Source: Fimbriosthenelais zetlandica
Taxonomy: Eukaryota
Assembly (NCBI GenBank): GCA_977030845.1
Contig: OZ365111.1
Span: 48,980,001-49,044,000 of the forward strand
DNA length: 64,000 bases
Direction of reading: 5' to 3'
The notes under the pieces were generated by a model. That model did not search any database. It had not been told where the DNA came from and was given only the letters and a program-made list of their open reading frames with translations. Positions 49,501-63,000 of this stretch are shown here, piece after piece (positions within the stretch are counted from its first letter, which is position 1; every line of letters starts with the position of its first letter). Made by a program: the position numbers and the translations under genes.

Positions 49501-52500
49501 AACATGAGTAGCACATGAGAATTATATGGAACACGAATGCAACTATAGTGTTTCAACACTTATGGCTGTAACAGACTGCAAACGCAGGCCTCTGGTTGCT
49601 TGTGTTTCGGTTGTTAATGTCATGCAACTTGCCAACTATGCTTTGGACTATGGTTGTACAATGGCCTGTATAAAATGTCGTATGTGTCAAGAGCACGAGT
49701 GAAAAACGCTTTGGTCTGTTCAAGCCATTATATTGTAGCTTATATTATAAAAACCGACTTTATTCAGCGCTACAAGTCTCGGGGTTATAAGTTGATATCA
49801 TCGATGTCTGCAGCATCCAATGTGACAGGAATTCTAGTCAAGACTGACCGAATTACAGAGGCTGTCCACAAGATGGGTGGTCTGGCCTTCTGGGATTATG
49901 CCTGTGCAGGTCAGTTTCCATATAATATTGTATGATACTTGATAGATACCAGGGGCCTATTTCAATAGAAATATTAGCCATATGTAGACTTGCTAATTAA
50001 TTAATATTCCTTTTGAAACAGGCTCCAGGGTGTCATTGTACAAATGCTTGATACATCTATACATATGGTACTTGATACATATAGATCGTACGTTGAAATT
50101 TGAATTCCAGAAATCATTAATCCAAATGTCAAAACTATTTCAAAATGAATTCATGTTGTTTCTAGGACCTTACATCCCTATAGATATGAACCCAAACCCG
50201 AAAGCGTGAGTGGATGAGTTGATATGATATGAACTGCACAATCATTTAACAATTCTTATGAATGCTGAATGCTCTTTTTATTGATTTCCATGGGGAATGA
50301 CCTACTTAAACCTGTTTATAGAAGAATATTAGCCATATATATACTTACCATTGGCTTTGCTTTCATTCGTTTAAAAATGGTTAAATGCAGCATTATAGGC
50401 TTTTCAGTGTATCACAATGCTAACTGCCTGTGTGATGACACCTGTTGAGTTATTCTAAATACACTTATCATCGACATAGCCACCAACGTTTGATTGACTT
50501 TAGTTTCAGGACAAATTGCACATAATCTTTGCCTTATTCGTGGAAATTCAGATACCTAACTGACTGAGAACTCTGTGTGCAGTCCAGGGGCTCCAGATAT
50601 ATCATGCCTAACTCACATTTGTATTGTTGGTTTGGAGTTGTGCTGAGCTATTTCTGATCGTTTTTTTAATAAAATTACAAATAAACACGAATATAGATCT
50701 TAATTTCGGTCCGGCATATTTAGTCTCTCGTTATATGTTGAGTGAAACTTAAAAGGAGGGAAGTGTACTCCTACTTCCGGTTCAATTGACCTAGTTTCAG
50801 TCTCATTGTTTTAGGCGCCTATTATGGAGCAACCGGCAAAATCATAGTGTCTTTTTGTTTTAGTTCCACTGCAATATTTGCAATCCGAAATGTCCGTCTT
50901 TATATGTTTTCATATGAACAATGAAAAGAACAATTCACAACTGCAAATCACTTTCAGAGGTGTTGTTGATTCATTTGTTATAAAAAAAATTTTTCTTATA
51001 GAGCCAAGGATGCTATATTTTTATCCACACATAAGTTCCTGGGAGGCGTAGGGACCCCTGGTAGGTAGTCTTGAAACTAATGTCATGTCTATATGATTAG
51101 ATAATATATTTAAACAAAAATAAAGTAAACTGGATGAGTTTATCAATGAATGTGTGCTAGATTCCTGGTTAACTTGCTTGATAATCTTTTTAAGGACTAC
51201 TTATTGCAAAACGAGAATTGTTTCAAAATGAGGTGCCAGGAGCTGTAGGCGGAGGAACGGTTGCTTTTGTAAGTAATTCGTTTTAATCTAAAGGAATTTT
51301 AATCTAAAAGAGTCTTGCCCTTTCATTGCCATAGCTTGTAAAAAGTAGGCCCAAGATATGTTATCTCATACCTCATTTTCCCTGTTTAGGTTACGAAGAA
51401 GACTGAGAGTTACCTGCATAAGACTGAAGAGCGAGAAGAGGGTGGAACCCCGGCAATTGTCGAATCGATAAGAGCTGGACTAACTTTCCAATTGAAGGAG
51501 GTATATGTTGTATCTTATTGATGCACTCTGGCCAGTGTTTGCCTGTATTATCGCTCATTTTTTACACCATAACAACTGCACTGCGAAGGCCGCAGTCCAG
51601 TTTGAATGTGATAAAACTCCTTATGTCATGACCTCCCGAGTTGATAGGATAAAATGCGTTGGGCCCGGCCTGGAAGGTATGCTATTCCTAGCCTCAGGAC
51701 TCTTGGCACAGGTAGGCTGAGCCACGAGTTTGGAAGGAAATCATTGAAGCGCGACTGACTTTGATTGGGGTGATTGGATGTCGAGGCAATCATAGTGGAT
51801 TAGACTCGGACTTGAGTGTTTCCCTACTGTTTTTAGAGCGGAAGGTGGATAGTGTCGTGTATCATAGGGGGTCAACACACTCGAGCTTTTCTCTTAGTTC
51901 TCATGTGTTAACCCCTAATTGAACCATAAACAGGCAATTAGGGACGTCTGGCGCATGCGCTATATCACAAGATGGCCGCTATTCCTATGGCTCAGCTTTA
52001 TGTCTCTCTTAGCCTATTGCATATATTTAAGCGCCATATTTGAACAGGTTTCATAACCATAGGCTAATAAAGCATTGTTATGAAACAAGCCCCTGGTGTC
52101 AGTCTACAAGTAGCATTGTATTGTATTAAGCCATGTCGGACAATTGCATGTAGAAATGTATCGGACTCTGTGTCTAATCCTCAATACCAATTATCCCAAT
52201 ACCATTTGTTCATTAATCTAATAAATCTACTTCTACTAATGTACTTACCGGCCTTTTCAGACAATAGGTGCTGAATGGATAGAAGAACAAGAACAGAAAC
52301 TTACACAGTAAGACATTATCATTGTTCAGACTGAGAATGAAATTACCATTTTCGTCAACTCTATACTGGTTGCCATGTTATTAAAACCCTGCAGACAATA
52401 TTTCTTATCGAGCGATTCTTCTTCTCTAAAAACATATTCTGTTTTAGGAAAGCCTTTGAACGTTGGAAACATTGCAACAACTTGTTCATTCTGGGAGGCC

Positions 52501-54701
52501 ATACTGCCAAACGCCTTCCCATATTTTCCTTTCTTATCGGACATCCACCCTCGGGGAAATTTCTCCACCATAATTTTGTTTCCATTCTGCTCAACGACCT
52601 TTACGGCATCCAAGCTCGGGGCGGATGTGCATGTGCTGGACCATACGCGCAGGTGAGGCTCTCAAGGAACTTTAAATTAGTTACTCAAATTGGCGAGCCT
52701 TCGTGAAAGCCCTCGCAACATAATCGTTGATTGCATAAGAGGCATCTTATACACAATGTATGTAGCCTAATGCATTACAGAAGCCTCACCATAAGAACTG
52801 TTTTGATTTTACAAACTGTCTCAACCATATAAAGGGCGCTGATTATATTTTGTAGGATCTTTTATGCATGACAGAACAGCAGACAGCGTTATTTACTCCT
52901 TACCTTGAAGAGGTACCAGAGTAAGTACAGATATAAATTACATACAAGTACTGTAATGATATTGAAAAAAACCTTTGCCATTCAAGAATTTTGTTTTCTT
53001 GTTATTGCATGTTATCTACTGTTATTTCGATTCTTTTACCGAATTCTCCATTTCAGCAAAAATGGAAAGATGCCTAATAAAGCGGAGGTCCTAAAGTAAG
53101 ATCATTTCACTCATGTCACCCTTTATATAAAGGGATACCAAACGCTTGATATAAAGTTAGTTGCCTGGGTAGTTCTGACCTTAGTAAGTTGATTTAACTA
53201 CAAATTATCGCTGGCTGATGTCTCAGTAGAGTGAAATCAATGCCTAACAATGATGATTCCTAAGAGATTCATGAGAGTCAGCCATCTTATTTCTGCATCT
53301 ATGATGACACAGGATGTCACGTGGTGTTGGTTAGCCAATCCAAATGAGGAAGGTCTGGTACTGCTTTAGACTACAGTTTTACAACACCCTGAGTGTAACA
53401 AGTATGATCGAGGCCCTTTTACAATCATAGATACGCAGTATATGTATATTATTGTTGTATAAGGCTTATAGCTACACATATATAAATTTGTTCTGGAGAT
53501 TGGCCTGTATAAGACACATTGTCCTCTCTCTTCCCCAGGCCAGGATTTACCCGACTAAACCTGCCCTATTTCATGGAGGAGGACACAGTGGATTATGTTC
53601 TACATGCAGTCACCAGGGTCGCTTCTGAAGGATGGAAACTTTTACCATTTGTAAGAACAAAACAATATTTTCTATATGCATGCATGTATTTCCACACATT
53701 CCTATCACACAGTAGGGGTTGTAACGTTAATTATTTTGTATGTACACATGTATTTTTAATAAACTAATTAAGCTGTTGATGTGTGACAGTACCAGTATGA
53801 CGCAGTGTCAGGAGCATGGACACACCGTGAGGACCTTGATAGGGAACTCCCGAGTCTCATGGATGCTCAACTGAAGGACATTCACAGAACTCACAGACCC
53901 AAACCAGAAAAACAGGATGTAGCCCCTCCACTCCAGGTCCGTTTAATCTCTTCAAAAACGATTTTTTATGTGTATTTATAAAAAGAACAAAGGTAGTAAG
54001 TCAACTGAATGGTGTCTTTTGATTTTCTAGGATGTGGCAGCAATTGCTGAGAAAATGTTTGCTAACGCTGAAGCAAAGGTAAAGGTAAGTGCAAGTGCAT
54101 GTAGATTAATCACAGTTCAATTAAGTGTCCACCGTGGTCTGTTATATTTTCAATATAGTGATGTAAATTTCATGATCAGTGAAGATATAATTATTTTCTT
54201 CTAGAAGCTGGGACTCAACCTCCGCCATGAGAAGATTAAATTTGCTAAAGGACAGGAGAAAATAATTTGGTTCCTTGAACCTAAAGTGGCTCTTCTCTAC
54301 TTGCGTTCACGCGGTGGGAACTATATTCCTGAGACTCCGCGTCATGATTTACCCTTCATGGTGCGTAGTAATACACTACTACACACACAGGAGGAATTCA
54401 AGAACAACATGCTGGAAATGGGATACAAAATAAGTAAGTAATGCCTTTTAAGAATGTTAGAGAATGTTAGCTAATAAATTGTTTAAGTTTATGTTTATAT
54501 AGTCGCGGAACAACTAAGTTTATAATCCACATGGTCTGTTATAAAAGCATGAACATTGTATTTTCTCTGCCTATTTTATGTTATATCCTTCATCTTATGT
54601 CCTTTTATCATTCTATGTTCTCTCCAGAAGATGGTGTTGGCCTGAAGCCAATGTTCATGTCCACATTCAAAGGAGAAGAAATGACTAAGGACAAAGTCTA
54701 G
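46583..54701 (+). CDS. Class-V aminotransferase / SufS-type cysteine-desulfurase-like PLP enzyme. Exons: 46583-46747, 47806-47935, 48133-48163, 48356-48472, 48869-48989, 49136-49201, 49398-49463, 49768-49909, 50166-50205, 51002-51060, 51195-51268, 51390-51500, 52261-52307, 52448-52652, 52856-52920, 53057-53095, 53539-53650, 53790-53936, 54031-54084, 54205-54433, 54628-54701
   Basis: GPFGSRYIVYCDFVASG, EVLPYYGNTHT, VIFTGSGTTAAIHKL, PFEHHSNILPWR, SAASNVTG, FWDYACAGPY, DAIFLSTHKFLGG (PLP lysine), REEGGTP, LLNDLYGIQARGGCACAGPY and KPGFTRLNLPYF. All introns are GT-AG and in phase. Confidence 0.9.
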
Positions 54702-55293
54702 AAGATTCGAGAAAAAAGTTATAATCAATTTTGAGTCATTTTACTTAATTCACAGAATTGACAAGACACATCTCAATCACACTTGAGAGATGATTTAAAC
54801 ACTTCAAAAAACGAATATTTTTGTTGTGTAGATAATTCAAGTAATAGAGGAGAAATGTGTATATGAGTTGTTTATATCCATGCATGATACCAGTACTGTG
54901 TTCAAAATGAAAATAATTTCACGGAATGAAAGAGTAACTTTACTGTTTCAGTAAACATGTATTCACAGGTCAATGCATGAATTGAAAGGTTAATTTATTG
55001 TGTTTCAAAATACCTGTTTCAGAGGAACATGTGAAATTATCCATCTGCAATAAAAATATTTTCAGAAATTCTGTCGTGCCAGTTTATGCTTAGTCTTTTA
55101 CATTAAGTCTTTACCTTGTGTCAGGTCAATATATAGGCGAATGGGTCTTGAGATCTGTTAAGACTTGATTCGTCGTATGTTGACTTAATCCTATACATGT
55201 ACAAGCTATATGGCCCTTTACTAGAGGTAATACACTGTACCAGACATGAATATGTACTATAGATAGTTTTCGATATCAACATAGTATTCAATG

Positions 55294-57694
55294 CTAGATA
55301 AATTCAAGCGTGACTTCATCGGGAATGTTGTGTTTAGCCTTATGATCATTGAAGAGATCAGACAGCTCCTTGACGTACAGGCTGTGGTAGTAATCTATTT
55401 GTTCCTGAGTCGGTTCCTTCTCTTGAATGATATCAATGGGTCTGCCAACTGAAAGATACAAAGAAAACTTAGCTGTAGCCACCGACAATTACTAAAATCT
55501 CTAATTACTAAAAGGAATATTTACTGATATTCTGTTGCACGCAAATCGTGCAGAATTCAGTCAGAATAGTGGATATTCTTTCTCAATATTATACACTTGC
55601 AGATCCCTCCCTATATTTCTCCATTGCCAGGCGGTCTCTATCTATTGAAGAGTCTGGGGAGAAAGGTTTTGGAGGACTCTTGACCGAGCATGGCCAAACT
55701 TGGCGACGCTTGACCAAGCTTGTCGCGCCCGGTGTGTCTGGGCCTTAAGGCTGTAGGCTTAATGCCTCCAAGTATACAGGAAAGACATTGGAAAGGACTC
55801 GCCGTTCTCGAATAATGATATTGATGTAACACTTACCAACTGTATGAATTGGCTTGCGATGAGGAACAAGGCCAAATGAATAGTTAAATACACCTCGTCC
55901 ATAGAAGAGGGGAAGAGTGAAGCCGCTGATGGACTTGAGCTTCTGTTGGAAAAGGCGAACAAATGAACCCTGGGGATTATCTGCCTGCTCGAAGATGTCA
56001 TTCTCTCCAAAACTGAAACATGGCACCAGACCCGCTCTGTGTGAAAAAAACAATGAACAAGAAAGAATGCATAAAGAAGACTATGGAAAAAAGATAAAGA
56101 TAATGGAGACACTTTTGTTTGTCATTTTAAAGCACAAATATAGCTTACGCCAATATGATAATAAGTAGGCCTACACGTTATCTATTTTATCTAATGCATA
56201 GTACTCTCGAGATAGAGTCTATCTCACTATGTGATAATGATAACCTACTCATTCTGATAGAGCAAAAACAAAGTTGACACTTTGGAACTGTTTACCGATG
56301 AATTTGCGGAGGGAACTACATAATGATGTTATAAATAAATTTTTAGCAATATTAAGTCTATGACTAGCATCAATTTTGAAATTGATGTATGATCGGTCTC
56401 CAATATGGACAGATGGGAATCGGTATATATTCCACGATGGAGCTAAAAGCCATTATTGGAGGAATACCAGTTTCTACATCATGTTTTCTATTTAAACAGG
56501 CTCTAAATGTGTGGATATACTATATATGGAACATATAATGATATACCCTGTGCGGATTGCCAGCTTGACGAAGCCTTTCCTATTCTTTAATGTAAGTTGA
56601 TAATTTCCAGGTCGCGCATTGAGCGCCTCCTGAGCTCCTCCTATGACAATAATGGCGGCGTTTCCGGTCCCTTGTTTTGTCATCAAGTGTTCAATGCTAG
56701 GGCGACTTACATCACAACATCCTGAAGAAATGTAGCATATCATTTAGAATCCCTTGTTTTTTTCTATAATTGGGTCTGCATAAGATATATATTATATTGA
56801 CAAAATGAGTAAAGGGGCAGGTCCCCACTAAGTAATAATGTTTCATGGGGAATAGGAGCCCCTTTAATTGACAATACTGCCGCATATGCAATAGGAGAAT
56901 GGCTTTTGTCCATATGAGTTAACTGATATATTCAGACTAAAATGAGAATTTCCTGAGAAATAGCATGGGGAATTAGAATGCGAGGGACAAAATAGCTCCA
57001 TGAAGCAAGAAAGGAAGCCACTATAATTATACCAGCTGAGCCGAGATACACCAAGGGCTGATTTCAAAAACAAAATTTACAACATTTACAAAGTTAGAGT
57101 GGATTAATATCCATAATTCTTCCAGATTCAATAAACTCATATATCGAGAATAATTTCTATTTAAAAAATAATTAATGCAACTATGATAAAATACTTACCC
57201 ATCCACAGAACATAACCACGAATAATTGGCCACATAAAATTAACACTCAATGTTAATACATAAGGTGTGATTCCTGGAAACTTGGAGCTAAATCCAGTGG
57301 CCTCGGAGCCAAAGTTACCAAACAGACTACAACTCAACACTCCATGTGGGTGAGTCCCGATAATGTAGTTCTTCCCAGGGTCAAGATCGTTGGTTTTCTC
57401 AAGACTTAAAGGGAAATAATCAGCGAAGTATTTCATGTGGATGCCCTTCCTCAACCATTTGGACCTCCGACCACCTTTGGAGGATGTTTTCAAGACGTAG
57501 ACATCATAATAAAACCATATCAAGTATCCAACAACCATCCACCAGTAACTGGTGAAGAACAGGACAATGGCAGTGATGGAAAATAAGAAGGGGAAGACGA
57601 GGAAAGAGTTGACATAGTAGAGAACGCTCAACATCTGCAGCCTTCTTTCTAATGGCATAGAAAGCGGCACAAACTGTATCCCCATGAACTCCAT
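55294..57694 (-). CDS. DGAT2/MOGAT family acyltransferase. Exons: 57199-57694, 56547-56721, 55837-56036, 55294-55448
   Basis: PLERRLQ, YFADYFP, GTHPHG (HPHG catalytic motif), [29 protein letters not shown] and GRPI...[13 protein letters not shown]. Confidence 0.93.
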
Positions 57695-59263
57695 TTTGTT
57701 TCTGATTTTATTTTAAGTCTTTGGTTTGGTAAATTCTGGTTCACTTATCCACAAAAGGTATCCAATAAACGTCGTTTGTAGTTTCTAAATTGGTCAGTAG
57801 GAATATATATATGTAATGGCCCGGAGATTCAATAAGACTTCCAAATGCATGCTCTTTCGTGAAATCACTTTAGATCCATTTCTTGAAGATATTCCTTTCA
57901 AAATTGACGCTTAATTTATGTCTGGTTTCTCTGGATCTGGTTAAAGTAATAGGCCCTATATGTCTGAAATAGATCACATGTGTCCTTGAAGGCCCTAGTT
58001 TTACTCGAGAGTTCAACTTTGGACGTTACATGATATACAGAGCAATGAAGTGTCTGGAGCAGTTTGATAATATGGGAGACTTATCACAATCTCTTCCTTG
58101 GATGATATTGATCTTCGATCCGAGATTACATGACATTAAAGGCCTATATATGGCACAAATACAGACATGCAGTCATACGATGACTTAATATACTCTCACG
58201 ATACGGCCCGATGCTTATACGATCCGTTATCGTGAGTCATCGGCACAGTGTGACTCAAGGATTTTGCACCAAAAGAGATGGCTAATACATGACCTAAGGA
58301 GATGTGACATTCTATATGATCCTCCTTTAGGGAATATGAACCACGTTGTTCACATTTTTACCTGTGCCAATGTTTATAAGCTGATATTCAAAATGCTCTT
58401 ACCTATAAAGAGTATCACATTAACAAATTATAATTACAATGCCTTTGGGAAGGGGGTCTATTGCCTAAATGCAATTTTCTTTTTAATTGGTCCGAACTAT
58501 ATTTCTTCCATTGGCGTCAGACAGATTTTTTGTTTAGATAACATTCTATGGAAGTAAGGAACCAAGAGAAGAGGAGGTAGAAAGAGAAGCAAGGAAGGAC
58601 AATTTTCGCAAGGAAAATGACAATGAAGATGTGCCCCCACACCTGGATATGACCTGGTCATATGACAGGACGCTCCAGGTCCTAATACAGCAGCAATCAC
58701 TCCTCCATTTCACTTTCAGGACTCCAGGACTGCTCCAAGCACCTTTCCACAACCTGAGAAAGCACAACTGTAAGGTAAGGCGAAAAGATAAGATTCATAT
58801 ATGACGATTTATCACTGACTTTCCATGATTTGTGAATACAGAGAGCTTTTTCAGAAGAAAGTGCGACCTTCTTTCTATTTGATCATGCGATCATGAATTT
58901 CTATTAAAGGCTAGGCGGGAGGGTCCAGAAAAAGGACCATATATATTCAGTCAAAATGTGTATTTCCAACTTGGTCTCCTTACCTTGTTCTAAATAGGCG
59001 TATTAGTCCTTTTGATTGTATGCAACGCAATTATATTGTAAAAAAAAATCTTAAGCAGAGAAAAAAGTTCACTTTAGAGGCCTTTGTTGGGTAGCTCCAC
59101 TGGGGGTTTCCCTTGCAATTGTTGTGATTTTGTTGGCCGACTTTACTATGGCCTCAACTGCCATATCTACCAGATCTCCGCGTTTCTCATAGAAATATCC
59201 CAGCCTAAATTAAACAAGTTTATGTCTTGTTTCATTGCAGAATTCAAAAGTTCCTGATGAAGT

Positions 59264-60400
59264 ATGGCCGGTAAAGTGACGAGAGTCTATTTATGGTTGT
59301 ACTTAATCCTCTCCTTACCATCTCATTCATCTCCATCTAACTACACCACAGTAACCTATGACTGTATGACAGTTAAAAACGAAACCAGTGGCGACGAAAC
59401 TTCAATTCCCTGTAGTATTCCCATTAATAGCACCGAACACTCACCGTCAAATTCAAGAAGTGCATCTGGTGGGGAACTCCTAGCCATTGTCTGGATCGCC
59501 GAAAATGTATTCAACCCTCCCATAATCTTGATCGGAATAGGGGGCAACATTGCCAATATTATCATAATGACTCGGAAACCTTTTCAGCATCTCGCTATAA
59601 GTGTTTTACTCATATTCCTGGCCTTGTCCGACACTGGAACCCTGCTGATGTATCCATTCAACAAGAAGAATTTCCGTTTGTTCCTCGGTGGCGATCCACG
59701 GGCTTTAAGCTGGTTTGGTTGCCATCTTTTCTTTACTTGTTTCCGCACCACCAAACTCTTCTCATCATGGGTCCTGGTGCTCATTGCCATTGAGAGGTTC
59801 ATGGCCATTTGGTTTTTCAGCCATGCCGCCAAATTCAACACTCGAAAGAATGCATTGATAGCGTTGTTAGTGGTACTTCTCTGCATTTTCCTCTACACTT
59901 CCGTTTGGTCTGCCTACACAGATATCATTATGAATGGTGTGTGTATCCCCAACAGTCGCCAACCTGGCCATGAACAGAGGACCAGGGTGCTACTCATCAT
60001 TGGTGTTTGCCTGCTCTGCTTCCTGCCTGCTATGCTCATGCTGGTTGTTAACGGACTCATCCTCTACCGACTCTGCGTGCCAGTACATGGTCAACAAGGT
60101 TATGTCAATGACAAGGTCCGCGCCCGATTCATGCTCCTAGCCGTCACCCTGTCTTTTTTCATCCTCCTGACACCCATCGCCGTAGCCCATCTGACTTTCC
60201 ACGCTCTGGACAAGAACATCTTCGAGGAGACCGATCCGGTCATGATCACGGTAAGGGAAATGGCCCAGGTGCTCGAGTTGCTCAATTCAAGTATTAACTT
60301 CTTCCTCTACACAATCAGCAGCAAGAGTTTTCGGCGTGAGATATTTAGGTACTCGAACTTCAAATGTGGCAGTTCAGTACAGCCATATCCAGTTACATGA
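59264..60400 (+). CDS. Class A (rhodopsin-like) orphan peptide GPCR of the FMRFamide/sex-peptide-receptor-like type, single coding exon, 378 aa
   Basis: Seven hydrophobic segments with GNIANIII, FLALSD, IERFMAI (DRY-like), CIP in ECL2, FFILLTP and LNSSINFFLYTISSKSFRRE. A splice acceptor sits at 59240 just upstream. Confidence 0.92.
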   Translation: MAGKVTRVYLWLYLILSLPSHSSPSNYTTVTYDCMTVKNETSGDETSIPCSIPINSTEHSPSNSRSASGGELLAIVWIAENVFNPPIILIGIGGNIANIIIMTRKPFQHLAISVLLIFLALSDTGTLLMYPFNKKNFRLFLGGDPRALSWFGCHLFFTCFRTTKLFSSWVLVLIAIERFMAIWFFSHAAKFNTRKNALIALLVVLLCIFLYTSVWSAYTDIIMNGVCIPNSRQPGHEQRTRVLLIIGVCLLCFLPAMLMLVVNGLILYRLCVPVHGQQGYVNDKVRARFMLLAVTLSFFILLTPIAVAHLTFHALDKNIFEETDPVMITVREMAQVLELLNSSINFFLYTISSKSFRREIFRYSNFKCGSSVQPYPVT

Positions 60401-62107
60401 AGAAGAATGGACAGTATTATATCCTCCAGATGTGAATTGCTGATGACCCGATCAATAGACCTACAAGATGAGCTATATGAAAACTTAATGATATGTCAAT
60501 GAAAGCACAAAGTAGAAAGGCATCTAGTAAGTAAGGCACATCCATATATATTTTGTGTATGGGTTATGGAATGAATAAAATGTATTATCATGCAAGACAG
60601 TTGAATTTATTACAGTAAAACCCGTATAAAGCCACCACCCTTCGGACCCAATGAAAATGGTCGCTTTACAGAGGTGGTCTCCTAGCAGAGGAAGAAAACC
60701 AATACACTGTATATACATAATGGGTCAACTCCAGCAAATTGGTGCATGCTTATATTGTCCTCTCCAACGACCTCAGGAGTGCACTAAACCAAAATCAGTA
60801 TGCTCCTAATTGGGCAACAATGTGAAACAAAGCCCATGGATCAGTAAATTATGATCCAAAGAATTTAAGAGCGAAATTAAACGAACTCGAGAAACGTTTT
60901 TATTTATATCAACATAATGTATGTTCTTGGTGCAAACAATGGTATATATTCATGTTCTTGTCTGACAATCATAATTAAATGATACAAACACATTTATAAC
61001 ATTATACATTTAATTGTGTTATTAACAAGAATACTTCCTTGACAACACGTCAAATTTACAGTGAAGTTTCTAACAATTAACTAACATGATGAGGACTTCA
61101 ACGGAAAGTGACATATTATGAGGTTTCTGACAAGCTAACATGGAGGCATGCCTCACAGACAAAAATAAACACTACCCATTTACGGTTCTAAAGAGTCACT
61201 CCATATATAATTTTTCGCGCCAGGTCTACAAGACTGGACTAGCGGTATAGAGCAGATACATCGCTGCCATCTGCAGGCCAAATCTATAGGCTAGATCTAT
61301 ACTTCAGAGTATGCTGCCAGATCCAGGAGTGTGCATGCACATTCTCCAAGAACTGGTTCAAAATGGCGGCCCCTTTATTTTGGCCCGTGAGGCATGTCTA
61401 AGGTTTTTATAAGGGGATGACTTCTACAGTAAGTACAGTAAGTATTTATTGCATGAAACTATCATGAAGTGATAGTATCCATATCACTGTATGCTTGATA
61501 GATCATGTTATATTTCACCATATTTTTCCTTTAAATTAAGACCATGCATTATGCCCCTATCTCTATTTTAACCTGCTTAATGATGACGTCTACAAAGTTC
61601 TATGACAATTAAGACTAGAGTGAGAGTTGGCATCAGTTGGACGATCTGATAATGGTGCTTAAGCGCCAATGTGAACACAAATTATCTGCAGTTACATCAG
61701 CTCAGTTTTCCTAAATGTTTACAATTTGAATTTAATAAGTTCATAGATGAAATTACATCTATTACGTCTACGGCTACGCTATTCCTTTCCCTAAGTTCCT
61801 CTCTTGAAAAAGAAATAAACAAAAGAGAGTTTTCGATCACGTCCTCCGATGAATATCTATTATTGGATTAGTGAAGTTGTGGGATCTTATTTTTCCTGTA
61901 CGCAAAGTAATCGATTTTGTCGATCTTTTTTATAGGTCAAAATCCAAATTATCAATCGTAATTACTCACCGATTTTAGTCAGAGGTAATTAAGTATACAT
62001 ATAATTTATAGTCCAATGAGGCACATTTTTAAAACCACTCCTAAAACTATCTATATTGCATTGAGGTGCATAGAACTACACTGTAAATGTACAAATCCAC
62101 AAATCGT

Positions 62108-62385
62108 TAAAGCGCGGGCCTCCACCTACCACGACACATTCCCGACAAGGTCCCGACACAAATATATTGTGTCGGGACCTTGCCGACACAAAATTGCATC
62201 GTGGGGAATATTCAGTATGTTTTCTATGGACCCCGATACAAATCTGTGTCGGGAGCGTGTCGGAAACGTGTCGGGGTTACATTTCCACTTGCCGACATAT
62301 TTCGAACACTTTTTTGGTGTCGGCAATGCTATCGTGAGGTGTCAAAACCGGGGTTGGTGTCGTGGTAGGTGGAGGACCCGCTTTA
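62108..62385. repeat. MITE (~280 bp) with ~30-bp TIRs and internal CGACAC/GTGTCG repeats
   Basis: TAAAGCGCGGGCCTCCACCTACCACGACAC pairs with GTGTCGTGGTAGGTGGAGGACCCGCTTTA. There are several internal hairpins (TCCCGACACAA/TTGTGTCGGGA). Confidence 0.8.
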
Positions 62386-62928
62386 CAGTGTGGAGTTGTG
62401 TCGATGAGTAAATTAAATATACACTATGTTAGATGTTCGCAAATATTGCTCGCATTGTATTGGTATGATACATCAGTGCCTCTATGTGAATAAGGGCATA
62501 AGGTTATATACTTTGTATGTAGGCACAATAAGGTGAACCAGTGGCAAGGAAAGTTCCTAATGTGAAGAGATTTTCCCAGGTAAAAATGACAAGGGGATTT
62601 TTATGTATAAAAGTATGCACACCACATCTAGATATCCACGACAGTTCTGTACCAATTCTCTTTATACAATAGACTCCATCCCTATATTTGGAAACAATAA
62701 CTTTGCTTCCCACAACTCAAATGAGGTTTTCCTAAGTTAGTAACAAAGCTAGAGTCACCCATTACATTGCTTTTCAGTAGTTTGATATCAAACAAAAAAC
62801 CAAGCAGGATATGAAATGGTAGGGAAGTGAAAACATTGTTTGTGAAACCAAATCATGTTGTTCCCTGAAAATGTTTCATCTGTGATCCAGAATGTTTCAT
62901 ACCTCATATCCAAATGGTAAAGTCACTT

Positions 62929-63000
62929 CCCAGCAGGCACAAGACGTCTTCACAACGTCTGTAGACGTTGTGAGGACGTTGTAGACGTGGTTGGGTGCGT
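62929..63000. repeat. Truncated CCCAGCAGGCAC...GACGT-rich MITE fragment abutting the globin stop codon
   Basis: CCCAGCAGGCACAAGACGTCTTCACAACGTCTGTAGACGTTGTGAGGACGT is an internally palindromic ACGT-rich motif typical of non-autonomous DNA transposons. Confidence 0.5.

Noticed and set aside
51905-51920. TTAACCCCTAA as a telomerase RNA template
   Set aside because: It has four C residues and does not match the TTAGGG template, and I recognised no pseudoknot or H/ACA features.
62016-62411. Overlapping ORFs of 131, 66 and 62 aa
   Set aside because: They arise from the GC-rich palindromic MITE and show no protein-like motifs.
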